Shown one piece after another: positions 1 through 10,210 of a stretch of 40,763 nucleotides of DNA. Location of the stretch: assembly GCA_044233495.1 (NCBI GenBank), contig JBIIJX010000003.1, positions 1 through 40,763 of the forward strand, read 5' to 3'. The notes under the pieces are model-generated. The model made no database searches and was not told the DNA's origin. It saw nothing but the letters and a program-made list of their open reading frames with translations. The number at the start of each line of letters is the position of its first letter. Within the stretch, counting starts at the first letter, position 1. The stretch is from Candidatus Nanopelagicales bacterium. GTDB taxonomy: Bacteria > Actinomycetota > Actinomycetes > S36-B12. The translations under genes and the position numbers were made by a program.

Positions 1-40
1 CCCTGGCGCGACTCTCCGGGCGCCGGCTGCTCCCCCGCTC

Positions 41-874
41 CTAGGGGTGCGGGTGATCGGGGGAGGTCGAGTGGTGGGGGATGCTCGGGGGCCGCGAGTG
101 CTCAAGACGCCGGGCCCGGCGACTCACCTCGGCGGCCGCAGCCCGGGTGGCCCACCGCACGGGGCGCTCCCAGAGCCACGCGACTCGACGGGCGCCCGGG
201 GCCAGCGACTGCCGTCGCGCTCGCTCCGACTCCTCCAGGCTCGCCGTGCGGTCGCTCACGGTGAGCGAATCCGGGTGCCAGCGGAAGCTCGACACCACCC
301 GCCCCACATCGATGAGCCCGCCCTGACGGCGGAGCTTCAGCAGGAGATCCAGGTCGAAGGCGAACCGGTACGAACCGTCGACTCCGCCCACGGCGCGCCA
401 GGCGGACGCACGGACGAGCATGCCGGGCTGGGGGATGAGATCCGGGCCCCAGGACAGGATGCGCGGGGCCCACTTCCCGGCCCGGCTGATCCACAGTTCC
501 CGCCCCTGCTCGTCGATGTAGCGACATGCCCCGTAGGCGAGGACGGCTGAAGGATCCGCGTCCAGGGCAGCCACCGTGGCTGCCAGGGACCCCGGCTCGA
601 GCAGGTCGTCATCACCGAGCCAGTTCAGGTACTCGTGGTGGTCCTGAGCGCACTGCGCACCCAGATTGATCGCGTCGGCCAGACTCCCCGGATCGTCGAC
701 CAGAGCAGCACCGAACTCGGTGGCGAGCGCGACTACCGCGTCGTTGCCAGCGGGGGCGACGACGACTATGTCTGCGGCCGAAGCCTGCATCGCGATGGAC
801 TCCAGGCACTCACGCAGGAGTGACGGTCGGGAACCCAGGGTCGGCACGATCATCAGCACGCGCGGGTGTCCCAC
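41..874 (-). CDS. Family 2 glycosyltransferase (WfgS-like)
   Basis: IVPTLGSR N-terminal strand, WLGDDDLL DxD motif, FAFDLDLLLKL. Start moved to GTG 874, which lies 6 nt after a TACAGT -10 box and avoids overlap with the divergent gene. Confidence 0.85.
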   Translation of the reverse strand: MGHPRVLMIVPTLGSRPSLLRECLESIAMQASAADIVVVAPAGNDAVVALATEFGAALVDDPGSLADAINLGAQCAQDHHEYLNWLGDDDLLEPGSLAATVAALDADPSAVLAYGACRYIDEQGRELWISRAGKWAPRILSWGPDLIPQPGMLVRASAWRAVGGVDGSYRFAFDLDLLLKLRRQGGLIDVGRVVSSFRWHPDSLTVSDRTASLEESERARRQSLAPGARRVAWLWERPVRWATRAAAAEVSRRARRLEHSRPPSIPHHSTSPDHPHP

Positions 875-880
875 GCGTGG

Positions 881-890
881 ACTGTAGCGT
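881..890. promoter_or_regulatory. Overlapping bidirectional -10 boxes for two leaderless genes
   Basis: ACTGTAGCGT: TAGCGT (+, 885-890) is 6 nt before ATG 897; TACAGT (-, 886-881) is 6 nt before GTG 874. Confidence 0.65.
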
Positions 891-896
891 GGAGGA

Positions 897-1853
897 ATGG
901 GTGCACCGGAGAGCCTGGAGCAGGTCGTCCTGGTGCCGCGCAACGGTCTTGGAAACCGCCTGCAGGCGTGGGCGAGTGCAGCGATCGTCGCGGCCCAGTT
1001 GGATGTCCCGCTGAGGGTGATGTGGGAGCCCGAGCCCCCGGCTCCGGCGGCAGCGGATGATCTCTTCACTCCCGAGGCACTTCGACGCTCCTTCGTCGAT
1101 CGAGAGTGGCTGGACGGGCTGCTCGACTGCAGGCACGAGGATCTGCCCCGCTACCTGACGGTCGATGCATCCCGCCGTGCCGTCATCCTCGCCGGGCACG
1201 ATCGGGGCGAGCAGGTCTTCATGCCCGACCTGCCCGGCGCTCTCGCCCATGCCAGCCAGCCTCGCTCGCTGGTCATCATCGCCGGAGGCCTGTTCCATCT
1301 GCCCTCGTCGGAGGACTTCCCGCGGCAGCGGTCGTACTTCTACCGTGCGCTGCCGTGGCACGCCGCCCTCGTCGCGGCCGCATCGGAGCAGTCGACGCCT
1401 CACCAGCCCTACGCGGCCCTGCACATCCGCCAGACCGACCGCTCGATCGAGGCGCCCACGGCTGGAGCCCTGCGGCGCGGCCTCGACCGACTGGCCCGCG
1501 CAGTGCCCGAGCGCAGCCTGTTCATCGCCGCCGACACGCCCGCAGCCCGCGATCGGTGGATGAAGGAGTCACGTGAGCGCGGCTTCCAACCCTGGCATGC
1601 CCGCGACACGGTCTTCGAGCGCACGGTAACGTCGGGGGCCCTCAGTGCGGCCGTCGACTGGATGCTCCTCGCCGGAGCGACAGCGCTCGTCTATCCCGCA
1701 GCCTCGACGTTCTCCGCGGAGGCGGCTGTGGCGACCGGTGTCACCGATGCGTCCGTGCCGATCACCGCATCGCCCGCACGCCAGCGTTCCCGCATGTGGA
1801 GTGGGCACGTGCGCAACGCGCTGACGTACCCGGCCCGTCACCTGAGGGCATGA
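897..1853 (+). CDS. Fucosyltransferase-superfamily (GT11/GT23/O-FucT-like) GDP-sugar glycosyltransferase
   Basis: GLGNRL N-terminal motif, ALHIRQTD (HxRxxD), LFIAADT, VDWMLL...STFS motif. Confidence 0.7.
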   Translation: MGAPESLEQVVLVPRNGLGNRLQAWASAAIVAAQLDVPLRVMWEPEPPAPAAADDLFTPEALRRSFVDREWLDGLLDCRHEDLPRYLTVDASRRAVILAGHDRGEQVFMPDLPGALAHASQPRSLVIIAGGLFHLPSSEDFPRQRSYFYRALPWHAALVAAASEQSTPHQPYAALHIRQTDRSIEAPTAGALRRGLDRLARAVPERSLFIAADTPAARDRWMKESRERGFQPWHARDTVFERTVTSGALSAAVDWMLLAGATALVYPAASTFSAEAAVATGVTDASVPITASPARQRSRMWSGHVRNALTYPARHLRA

Positions 1854-1912
1854 GACCGAAGCCCCGCACTTGCTCCAATGCTTTCGGGGCACGGGCGTAG
1901 GCTTCCGTCCTG

Positions 1913-3253
1913 ATGATGAGTGATCCCAACGTCCCGGTGACGCTCGACGGTGCGGGGATGCACGCCCTCGCTCGGCGGCTGTGGCCCCTGCACCGCTCGC
2001 TCACGGGTGACGGGACCCGCCAGACACTGCGCATCATCCAGGAGGTGCTGCCGGGCCTGACCCTGCACGAGGTCCCCAGTGGCACGGAGGTCTTCGACTG
2101 GACGATCCCGGATGAATGGACCATTCGGAGTGCGACCCTCACCGGCCCGGGCGGCGAGATCGTGGTCGACTACGCCGACAGCAACCTGCACGTCGTCGGC
2201 TACTCGATCCCCGTCGACGTCACCATCGATCTCGAGGAGCTGCAGGAGCACCTGTACTCGATTCCCGAGCAGCCGGATGCGGTGCCCTATGTGACCAGCT
2301 ACTACAACCCACGCTGGGGCTTCTGCCTCAGCCACGAAGAGCGCCTGCAGCTCAAGGCCGGCGAGTACCGCGCGCGCATCGACAGCACCCTCGAGCCCGG
2401 CAGCCTCACCTACGGCGAGCTCATCCTCCCGGGGGAGTCCGCGGACGAGATCTTCATCACCACGTACGTCTGCCACCCGAGCCTGGCGAACAACGAGCTC
2501 TCCGGCCCCGTGGTGGCGGCAGCCCTGGCCGCCTACATCTCCTCACTGCCTCACCACCACTACACGTATCGATTCGCCTTCACACCGGAGTCCATCGGTG
2601 CAATCACGTACGCCGATCGCAACCTCGAAGCGCTGCAGCGCAACGTGGTCGCAGCGATCAACCTCAGCTGCATCGGGGACGACCGCGCCTACACCTACCT
2701 CGCCTCCCGCCACGGCAACCTGCGCATCGACCGCGCTGCCAAGCGCGCCCTCAGGGCCCGCGATAACGCGCGCGAGTACTCCTACCTCGGCCGTGGCAGC
2801 GACGAGCGGCACTATGGCGCACCGGGCGTCGACCTGCCGATGATCTCCCTCATGCGCAGCCGCTACGCGGACTATCCCGAGTACCACACCAGCCTCGACG
2901 ACCTGGAGAACGTCGTCACTCCCACGGGCCTTCAGGGCGGCTTCGACTTCGTCCGCGAAGTACTCGACGCCATGGAGACTGAGCCAGTCCTGGTCACGAC
3001 GGTGCGCGGAGAGCCACGGCTTGGCAAGCGCGGCCTCTACCACACAGTGCAGAAGAAGAGCACACCTGAGGATGTCATGATGCGCACGAACGTCCTCGCC
3101 TACGCCGACGGCCACCACACGATCAGCGACATGGTCGAGTTGTTCGACACCTCGCTCTCCACCCTGCGCCCCATGGTCGATGAGCTCATCGCCCATGGCC
3201 TGCTCTACGAGACACATGAGTCATCCCACGTCCGCCCAGGCGTGCCCGCCTGA
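1913..3253 (+). CDS. DUF4910 aminopeptidase-like polysaccharide biosynthesis protein
   Basis: RSLTGDG, FDWTIPDEW, VTSYY..WGFC, CHPSLANNELSG, GSDER, YHTSLD, C-terminal wHTH with LGKRGLY. Confidence 0.88.
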   Translation: MMSDPNVPVTLDGAGMHALARRLWPLHRSLTGDGTRQTLRIIQEVLPGLTLHEVPSGTEVFDWTIPDEWTIRSATLTGPGGEIVVDYADSNLHVVGYSIPVDVTIDLEELQEHLYSIPEQPDAVPYVTSYYNPRWGFCLSHEERLQLKAGEYRARIDSTLEPGSLTYGELILPGESADEIFITTYVCHPSLANNELSGPVVAAALAAYISSLPHHHYTYRFAFTPESIGAITYADRNLEALQRNVVAAINLSCIGDDRAYTYLASRHGNLRIDRAAKRALRARDNAREYSYLGRGSDERHYGAPGVDLPMISLMRSRYADYPEYHTSLDDLENVVTPTGLQGGFDFVREVLDAMETEPVLVTTVRGEPRLGKRGLYHTVQKKSTPEDVMMRTNVLAYADGHHTISDMVELFDTSLSTLRPMVDELIAHGLLYETHESSHVRPGVPA

Positions 3254-3281
3254 GCGACGCTGACTCCTGCCGGATCAGCGC

Positions 3282-4409
3282 CTACCGGGGCAATTGGCCC
3301 GCCCACGCGTCCAACGCGGCTTCATATCGCTCGCGCTCACCCGCCACCCACTCGCGGTAGGGCTCCTGATCCCTTGCTGCCTGGTCCGGATCGTCCAGGA
3401 CGCGACGTACTGCCGCGGCTGCCTCCTGCGGCCAACCCTCGCGGAACGGCACGCGGTACTGCACGGGAAGCGGGAAGTCCTCCCAGCAGTAGCCGGCACC
3501 GCGCGCCAGGATGACAACAGGGGTTCCGTAGTGGGCGGCCTCGCGGGACATTCTGTCACGTCCGGGGAGGTGGCCGAGCTCGAGGTAGACCGTGCCCTCA
3601 CTCAAGGCCTGGGCCACTTCAGCGAAGGAGATCCCCTCGATCGGGCAGAACTCCACATCGGGCAGCAACTCCTGAACGGCGCCCACCATCGTCCCGCTCT
3701 TGACCACGTTGTAGAGCACCACATTCCGGCGACGCGGACTCGGGCGCACAGGTACCTGGCGGATGGGGTCGGTGATGATCATCGCCTCACGGTGCAGCAC
3801 CTCGCGCACGAACCCGCGGGCGAAGTACGACTGCGCGAAGAAGTTCGTGCGAGGATCATCGATCACGCGCGCCGCGAAGTGCATCGACACGGTGTCGACG
3901 ACCGTTGCCCGAAGCGCGGCCATCGACGGGCCTGGCGCGCGGCGACGTGCCTCACGCCACCTGCGGAAGGGCCCCGACGCGATCGGGCGACCCAGCCCTA
4001 GGTCCGCGGTCACCGGGGGGATGCTCGGCACATAGCCGGGCGGGTAGGTGGAGCAGCATGCCTCGCTGGGCCGGTAATAGCGGGCGCGCGGGTCCGGGCA
4101 GTTGCTGACGCTGAACCAGCCCAGCCAGGTGTTCTCGCGTGCCACGCGACTCAGTTCCCGATGCGACTCGATCGGGCTGACCTCCGACATCACCAGGATC
4201 GCCCGATCCGGTTCACGAATCTGCGTGGCGACCTCGAAGTCGTAGATGTCGTACTCCGGATCATTGCGATTGCCCCGATACGTCCTCATGGGGATCAGGT
4301 ACGACTCGATGCCACGTCGGCGCATCGCGTCGACGAACTGCGTCAGTGCCTCCGGGCCAGCGGTCCGCTGACCGAGAGGCGAGGACACGTAGACGACAGG
4401 GGGCGGCAT
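3282..4409 (-). CDS. Putative GT-B glycosyltransferase-like protein
   Basis: AGPEALTQ at the N-terminus and GHLPGRDRMSREAAHYG near the C-terminus; last gene of a glycan operon. Confidence 0.55.
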   Translation of the reverse strand: MPPPVVYVSSPLGQRTAGPEALTQFVDAMRRRGIESYLIPMRTYRGNRNDPEYDIYDFEVATQIREPDRAILVMSEVSPIESHRELSRVARENTWLGWFSVSNCPDPRARYYRPSEACCSTYPPGYVPSIPPVTADLGLGRPIASGPFRRWREARRRAPGPSMAALRATVVDTVSMHFAARVIDDPRTNFFAQSYFARGFVREVLHREAMIITDPIRQVPVRPSPRRRNVVLYNVVKSGTMVGAVQELLPDVEFCPIEGISFAEVAQALSEGTVYLELGHLPGRDRMSREAAHYGTPVVILARGAGYCWEDFPLPVQYRVPFREGWPQEAAAAVRRVLDDPDQAARDQEPYREWVAGERERYEAALDAWAGQLPR

Positions 4410-4418
4410 CCGACCAGA

Positions 4419-6134
4419 TTACGGGAGGTAGCCGGACTGGATGCCATCACCGATCAGGCGCAGCGTGCCGCGCATCTGCGGAGAGCAGGTCGGGAATGCC
4501 AACCAGCACTGCTCCCCCGTTCGCGGGACGCGGATCTCGAGTCCGGCCTCATTGTCCGACACCAGCACCTCACCCGGCGGTGGAGGGCTGATCGCGTAGG
4601 GCACCGTGATGCCGACGCGCCATTCACGCTCGTCATCGATCAAGCCATAGTCGACGCGTGCCGTAGCCGTCAGGACGGCGATCGCGACCATGGTCACGCC
4701 GCCGACGCTGATCGCCAGCGATGGCAGGGCCCGATGCTGCGCGACGGAGAGCCGCCAGAGTGCCCACCCGAGGGGCACCGTGGCCACCGTGAAGACCAGA
4801 CCCCACGCGAAGCGGAAGGACGGAGGCGTGAAGGCCCACCAGAACACGACAGCGGCGGCGCTCGGAAGCAGCGTCAACGCCAGTCTCCTGCCCTGCAGAT
4901 CGGCCCGTCGGGCTGCCAGGACAGCGAGGGTCGCCGATGCGATCACGAGCAGGAGCAGTGCGTACGTCTCCCACTGGAACGGCAGCCGGGCGAACCACGC
5001 CGGGATCCACTGCCAGCTCTCGGCGGCCGACCACAGGTTGTCGGGGTCACGCGCTGCACCGAGAGTCGCCGCACGCGCGTCGCTCGGATCGGGCGCCAGC
5101 CAGGGGACGTCGAAGGACAGCACGGACAGCGGGTACTGCAGCCACCCGCTGAGCACGTAGTCGCGAGCCGCAGACGTCGCTGCCGCGCACACCACCGCCG
5201 CCCCACCCACCACCGCAAGAGGCACGGTCTCTGCCGCCGCACTCCTGCGTCGAGCGGCCACCAGGCCGACGACCACGACGACCCCCGCGGCGAACACCAC
5301 CATCGTCGGGCGAAGCAGCACCAGCAGCGCACTGAGCGCGATGACGACTCCTGCAGGCGGCACCCACCTCCTGACCGACACGACGTCGGCCAGGTATGCG
5401 GTGGCCACCACCGTCACCGTGAAGACAGCGGAGTCCTGGCTGGGGCTGGTGACCCAATAGTCCGCGAGCGGCAGCATCGTGATCACCACGACCGTCATCC
5501 CGGTGAGGAGGACGAAGAACCCTGCTCCCCTCTGCTTGGCACGTTGGCGGACTACCAGGTCCACCAGCGCCAGAACGATGATCAAGCCGTTGAGCAGGCG
5601 GTAGCCGTCGAGCCCCCACGGGCCGAGCCCCATCAGCGCCGCAAGCGGGAACTCAGCATTGCCGTAGCCGAGGGGGAAGAAGACGTTCGCCAGCCCGGGC
5701 ACCGTCGCGAACTCAGCCGCGTAGCGAATGGCCTGCAGGTGGTACAGGCCCGAGTCGTAATTGGTCACGGGACCGAGGGCAGCAACAGCCAGGACGAGGG
5801 CGCAGGCCAGCAGGGCGGCCGTGAGGCCGGGCCGGACACCCGGGCCGGAGCCTCGCAACCGCGCCCAGAGCCACCACCCCGGAACGCCGAGAAGAGCCAC
5901 GGCCACCACGAGCCACCACGCCGCTGTTGCCGAGTGCAGCGGCGCCGTGAGGTTGATGACATAGGCGAGCATGGCGGTGGCGAGCAGGCCCCACCAGAGC
6001 GCGCCCCGGAAGGCGTCAGAGCGCGTGGAGCGACGGCCTGTGACCGCTGCCGCGAGCATTCCGAGACTGGCGACCACCGCACCGGCGACCAGCCACGTGA
6101 GGAGCACCAGCAGCACTCCACTGACGATGAGCAC
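4419..6134 (-). CDS. Polytopic membrane protein, putative GT-C glycosyltransferase (LIC_10190-like)
   Basis: More than 12 hydrophobic segments; loop motif NYDSGLYHLQAIRY...PGLANV; SGWLQYP. Confidence 0.6.
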   Translation of the reverse strand: MLIVSGVLLVLLTWLVAGAVVASLGMLAAAVTGRRSTRSDAFRGALWWGLLATAMLAYVINLTAPLHSATAAWWLVVAVALLGVPGWWLWARLRGSGPGVRPGLTAALLACALVLAVAALGPVTNYDSGLYHLQAIRYAAEFATVPGLANVFFPLGYGNAEFPLAALMGLGPWGLDGYRLLNGLIIVLALVDLVVRQRAKQRGAGFFVLLTGMTVVVITMLPLADYWVTSPSQDSAVFTVTVVATAYLADVVSVRRWVPPAGVVIALSALLVLLRPTMVVFAAGVVVVVGLVAARRRSAAAETVPLAVVGGAAVVCAAATSAARDYVLSGWLQYPLSVLSFDVPWLAPDPSDARAATLGAARDPDNLWSAAESWQWIPAWFARLPFQWETYALLLLVIASATLAVLAARRADLQGRRLALTLLPSAAAVVFWWAFTPPSFRFAWGLVFTVATVPLGWALWRLSVAQHRALPSLAISVGGVTMVAIAVLTATARVDYGLIDDEREWRVGITVPYAISPPPPGEVLVSDNEAGLEIRVPRTGEQCWLAFPTCSPQMRGTLRLIGDGIQSGYLP

Positions 6135-6141
6135 CCGGGAG

Positions 6142-7089
6142 TCAGCCCAGCGACTCGCGGAAGTAGGCGATCGTCCGCTCGAGTCCCTGCGCCAGCGGGA
6201 TGGTCGGCTCCCACCCGAGCAGGGCCTTGGCTCGCGAGATGTCCGGCTGGCGCCGGACGGGATCGTCCTGGGGGAGGGGCAGGTACTCCACGCCTGCTGT
6301 GGTGCCCGTCTGCGCGATCACGAGTTCAGCCAGTTCCGCGATGGTGAACTCTCCGGGATTGCCGAGATTCAGCGGCCCGGTGACGTCGTCCGGTGAGGCC
6401 ATCAGGGCGACCAGTCCCTCGATGAGATCGTCGATGTACTGGAACGACCTCGTCTGCGAGCCGTCGCCGTAGACGGTGAGCGGGCGACCCTCGAGGGCGG
6501 CGACCACGAAGTTCGACACGACTCTCCCGTCGTGGGGATGCATCCGCGGGCCGTAGGTGTTGAACAGCCGAGCCACCTTGATCCGCAGGCCATGCTGCCG
6601 GTGGTAGTCGAAGAACAGGGTCTCGGCCGCACGCTTGCCCTCGTCGTAGCAGGCCCGAGGTCCTATGGGATTCACATTGCCCCAGTAGTCCTCGTTCTGA
6701 GGGTGCACGGCCGGATCCCCGTAGACCTCGCTCGTGGAGGTGGTGAGGATTCGGGCTCCTGTCCGCTTCGCCAGCCCGAGCATGTTGATGGATCCGTGGA
6801 CCGCCGTCTTCGTCGTCTGGACAGGGTCGCGCTGGTAGTGGACAGGACTCGCCGGACAGGCAAGGTGGTAGATCTCATCCACCTCGACGTAGAGGGGAAA
6901 GGTGACGTCGTGGCGGATGACCTCGAAGCGAGGATGATTGACCAGGTGGGTGATGTTGTCCTTCGTGGACGAGTAGTAGTTGTCCACGCAGAGGACGTCG
7001 TAGCCGTCGGACAGAAGGCGCTCGCACAGGTGGGAACCGATGAATCCCGCTCCACCGGTCACCAGCGCCCGACCCTTGGCAATGGTCAT
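6142..7089 (-). CDS. uxs: UDP-glucuronate decarboxylase (UDP-xylose synthase)
   Basis: [64 protein letters not shown]. Confidence 0.92.
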   Translation of the reverse strand: MTIAKGRALVTGGAGFIGSHLCERLLSDGYDVLCVDNYYSSTKDNITHLVNHPRFEVIRHDVTFPLYVEVDEIYHLACPASPVHYQRDPVQTTKTAVHGSINMLGLAKRTGARILTTSTSEVYGDPAVHPQNEDYWGNVNPIGPRACYDEGKRAAETLFFDYHRQHGLRIKVARLFNTYGPRMHPHDGRVVSNFVVAALEGRPLTVYGDGSQTRSFQYIDDLIEGLVALMASPDDVTGPLNLGNPGEFTIAELAELVIAQTGTTAGVEYLPLPQDDPVRRQPDISRAKALLGWEPTIPLAQGLERTIAYFRESLG

Positions 7090-8009
7090 GCCGACCTCCT
7101 GAATTTCCTGGATGCGTAGTTGAACGTCTGATGGGCGATTCCCGGAAGTGTCACCTGGAAGTGGTGCTCGCGCGTCCAGGCATCGGCCTTCTCGTCCGCA
7201 CGCACGGGCACCGGCTCCGTCGGCAGGACCACTGACCCCACCGGCAGTGTGTCGACATCAACCAGCGTATGTGTCGCATCCCCGCCGAACCCGATGTTCG
7301 CCACGAGGTTCGTGTTGCACGTGGCGATCAACTGATCCTGTCGCATCGCTGCGAACACCAGCTGGGCGTCCCAGGTGTCGACCTGCTTGCGAGCCATGAG
7401 CTCGAAGGTCATGGCCCAGAAGAGTGCTCCGGAGAGCGTCGAGCCTCCGCTGGTCCACAGCTTCCTTGCCGGCAGATCACGTCGCCAGCCAGCGATGTCG
7501 AGCCGATAGGTGTCCCAAGACCGTCGCCAGGTTGCCCATCCCCAGATATGGGCCACCCTGCTGAAGCGGTATGCGGCCTCCGGGTTCGTCTGCCCCTCGA
7601 TGGGCACGAAGTTGCAGCCCGTCACCGCGAATACGCGCGGGTCGCTCTCATACCGATCGAGGAGTTCGGAGCAGAAGCCGAAGAAGCTCGGATCGGGAAT
7701 GATGTCGTCCTCGAGGATGATTCCGCGATCGACCCGGGAGAAGAACCACGAGATCGCCGTGCTGACACCACGCCCGCATCCGAGATTCGCCTCCTGAGCC
7801 AGAGTCTCCACCTCGCAGGGCCAGTCGATGGTGTCGACGAGGTCCCGGCACTCCTGGACCTTGCGGTCCTCTCCAACCCTCGTCGCGCGAGGTCCGTCGA
7901 TGGCGACGAAGACACGGGTCGCACTGACGTCGCGCAGTCGCTGTAGGACCTGGGCGAGCAGATCAGGTCGATTGAAGGCGATGACCAGGATCGGCTCAGT
8001 GACCGTCAC
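7086..8009 (-). CDS. GT-A nucleotide-diphospho-sugar transferase (HlpA-like)
   Basis: [45 protein letters not shown]. Confidence 0.8.
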   Translation of the reverse strand: MTVTEPILVIAFNRPDLLAQVLQRLRDVSATRVFVAIDGPRATRVGEDRKVQECRDLVDTIDWPCEVETLAQEANLGCGRGVSTAISWFFSRVDRGIILEDDIIPDPSFFGFCSELLDRYESDPRVFAVTGCNFVPIEGQTNPEAAYRFSRVAHIWGWATWRRSWDTYRLDIAGWRRDLPARKLWTSGGSTLSGALFWAMTFELMARKQVDTWDAQLVFAAMRQDQLIATCNTNLVANIGFGGDATHTLVDVDTLPVGSVVLPTEPVPVRADEKADAWTREHHFQVTLPGIAHQTFNYASRKFRRSA

Positions 8010-8352
8010 CCTGGCTCCTCAGGTCCTTGACTTCCTGATCGAGCAAGGCCACTTCCTCGGCCAGTCGTCGGATTCGCGCCTCGTGTCGACTGAGCTCATA
8101 GCTCAACTGAATGGCAACCAGGATGAGCAGGACGATGGTGACGAAGAAGAGCAGGTTGGCCGGTGTCTCGACGCCGATCAGGTCACTCACGCCGCGCAGG
8201 GCTCCCGGGACGACGGAGAAGAACAGGGCCGCACCGCTGAACAGCAGCCAGAGCACGGCGTACTTCTCGCGCAGGACGCCGCGGCGCATCAGCCAGAACA
8301 CGAAGATGAAAGTGATGATCGAGGCGACTGCCCCGAGGACATTGGCGATCAC
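7996..8352 (-). CDS. DUF2304 family membrane protein (GacJ-like partner of a polyprenyl-P GT)
   Basis: Three TM helices, LREKYAVLWL, IGVETPANLLF, C-terminal coil RIRRLAEEVAL; coupled to the upstream GT2. Confidence 0.88.
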   Translation of the reverse strand: MIANVLGAVASIITFIFVFWLMRRGVLREKYAVLWLLFSGAALFFSVVPGALRGVSDLIGVETPANLLFFVTIVLLILVAIQLSYELSRHEARIRRLAEEVALLDQEVKDLRSQGDGH

Positions 8353-9101
8353 GCGGCATCACCCCGCGGTGTAGCACCCTTCTTGAGACTCGTGGCGATG
8401 ATGGCGAGCGTGGCCCGGCCAAGGTAGAGGGCGGACCACAGGGCGTTCTTGCTCGGGCGCCCCGCCTGCCGGAAGTACATGGTCACGGGTGCCTCGTGGA
8501 TGACGAGCCCGCGACGCGTGGCGATCGCCAGGGAGCCCACGGTGTCGCCGAGGTAGTCGGCGGGATAGTCCACAGCGAACAGGGCGATGGCTCGGCGCCC
8601 CGCCGAGCGGAATCCGCTCGTGGGATCCGAGATCGTTCCCCGATTCATGCGGCTCAGCGCCTTGGACAGCATGACCATCGCCCAGCGGCGGGGGCCACCC
8701 ACGAAGTAGGTGGAGTTCGGATGGAAACGCGTGCCCACGACGATGTCCGCGTTCTGGAGTCCGTCGATGAGTTGGTCCAGATCCACCGGATCGTGTTGGC
8801 CATCAGCATCGACCTGCACGAGTGCCGCGTAGGCATGACGCCTGGCGTAGAGGAAGGCCGTGCGCATAGCGCCACCCACTCCGACGTTGAACGGGAGCGC
8901 CACGACAGTGGCACCGGCCGCCTCCGCCAGCTCGGCCGTGCGATCGGTCGACCCGTCACTCACCACGAGGATGTCGACGTCTGGTCGATGCTCCCTCACC
9001 TTGGCGATCACGTCGACGATCGAACCCTCCTCGTTCCAGGCAGGGATCGCCACGAGGACACCATCGGGCTGAGGGCCTGAGGCACCGGTGTCGTCAGCCA
9101 C
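8349..9101 (-). CDS. Polyprenyl-phosphate glycosyltransferase, GT2 (DPM/DPG-synthase-like)
   Basis: IPAWNEE, DGSTDRT, NVGVGGA, QVDADGQHDP, DPTSGFR. Confidence 0.88.
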   Translation of the reverse strand: MADDTGASGPQPDGVLVAIPAWNEEGSIVDVIAKVREHRPDVDILVVSDGSTDRTAELAEAAGATVVALPFNVGVGGAMRTAFLYARRHAYAALVQVDADGQHDPVDLDQLIDGLQNADIVVGTRFHPNSTYFVGGPRRWAMVMLSKALSRMNRGTISDPTSGFRSAGRRAIALFAVDYPADYLGDTVGSLAIATRRGLVIHEAPVTMYFRQAGRPSKNALWSALYLGRATLAIIATSLKKGATPRGDAA

Positions 9102-9107
9102 CTCGGC

Positions 9108-9113
9108 AGTCTA
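9108..9113 (-). promoter_or_regulatory. -10 box (TAGACT), leaderless start at GTG 9101
   Basis: TAGACT-N6-GTG on the minus strand. Confidence 0.6.
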
Positions 9114-9183
9114 CTGAGGGGGCCGTGAGCATTCGGGGATGTCGAGGCGGGCTGCTCTCCTGGAAGGTCCCTCGCTCCTCGGA

Positions 9184-10170
9184 TCAGAGTTCGGGTTGGG
9201 CGATCAACGCGCGGAGGTCGTCTATCGACAGCCAGAGGTCGTTGGTATCGGAGGTGTAGGAGAAGCCGTCCGGTACCGGCTCACCCGCCGGCACTCGGTA
9301 CGTCCATTCCGCGAGCGTAGGGCCCACGATGTAGCGGTGCGGCTGACGAATCGTCCGCAAGGAGTCCTCCGAGGAGATCATCTCCTCATGGAGCTTCTCC
9401 CCGGGACGGATGCCCACCTCGACCAGTTCCGCATCCGGGGCTATCGCGCGGGCCAGATCCGTCACGCGCATGCTCGGGATACGCGGTACGAAGAGTTCGC
9501 CACCGTCCAAATCCATGAAGGCCTGGACGACGAAGTCGACCGCCTGCGGAAGCGTGATCCAGAAGCGGGTCATGCGCATGTCCGTGATCGGCAGAGGCTC
9601 CCCCTCCTCGGCCAGACGCCTGAAGAAGGGGATCACGCTCCCGCGACTGCCCATGACGTTGCCGTACCTCACGACCGCGAACTTCGTTCCGCGGGCGTAC
9701 GAGTAGTGGTTGCCCGAGATGAAGAGCTTGTCCGCCGTGAGCTTCGTTGCGCCATACAGGTTGATGGGCGAGGAGGCCTTGTCAGTCGAGAGGGCAACGA
9801 CCTTCTTCACACCGGCGTCGATGCTGGCCAGCATGACGTTCTCCGAGCCGAGGATGTTCGTCTTGACGTACTCCATCGGGTTGTACTCGGCAGTGTCGAC
9901 TTGCTTGAGGGCCGCCGCATGGACCACGTAGTCCACACCGTGCAGGGCCATCGCCAGGCGATCCCGGTCACGGATGTCTCCGAGGAAGAAGCGGACTCGT
10001 GGGTCGTCTCCGTAGGTGAGCTTCATCTCGTACTGCTTGAGCTCATCCCTGGAGTAGACGGCGACGCGGGCGGGATTCCCGGAATCCAGGACGTGGGCGA
10101 GAAAGGCCTTGCCGAACGAACCCGTTCCACCCGTGATGAGGATCGATGACCCGTCGAAGATCTCCATCAA
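9184..10170 (-). CDS. pseB: UDP-N-acetylglucosamine 4,6-dehydratase (inverting)
   Basis: TGGTGSFG, SRDELKQ, HAAALKQV, LSTDKA, NLYGATKL, RYGNVMGSRGSVIP, MTRFWITL, GIRPGEKLHEEM. Confidence 0.92.
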   Translation of the reverse strand: MMEIFDGSSILITGGTGSFGKAFLAHVLDSGNPARVAVYSRDELKQYEMKLTYGDDPRVRFFLGDIRDRDRLAMALHGVDYVVHAAALKQVDTAEYNPMEYVKTNILGSENVMLASIDAGVKKVVALSTDKASSPINLYGATKLTADKLFISGNHYSYARGTKFAVVRYGNVMGSRGSVIPFFRRLAEEGEPLPITDMRMTRFWITLPQAVDFVVQAFMDLDGGELFVPRIPSMRVTDLARAIAPDAELVEVGIRPGEKLHEEMISSEDSLRTIRQPHRYIVGPTLAEWTYRVPAGEPVPDGFSYTSDTNDLWLSIDDLRALIAQPEL

Positions 10171-10210
10171 TTCCCGCTCCTCATGATCGTCAGCAGCCGA
10201 GACTATCCGG

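Noticed and set aside
44-91. G-run cluster as a functional G-quadruplex
   Set aside because: It coincides with a Pro/His-rich C-terminal coding tail on the opposite strand in GC-rich DNA; no independent support.
1856-1892. GCCCCG...CGGGGC hairpin as a terminator
   Set aside because: Short stem, long loop and no U-tract; expected by chance at this GC content.
4161-6347. Long antisense or alternate-frame ORFs (also 27741-29300, 37142-38674, 15761-17155 and others)
   Set aside because: Shadow ORFs expected in high-GC DNA; Arg/Pro-rich, without motifs, and overlapping well-supported genes.
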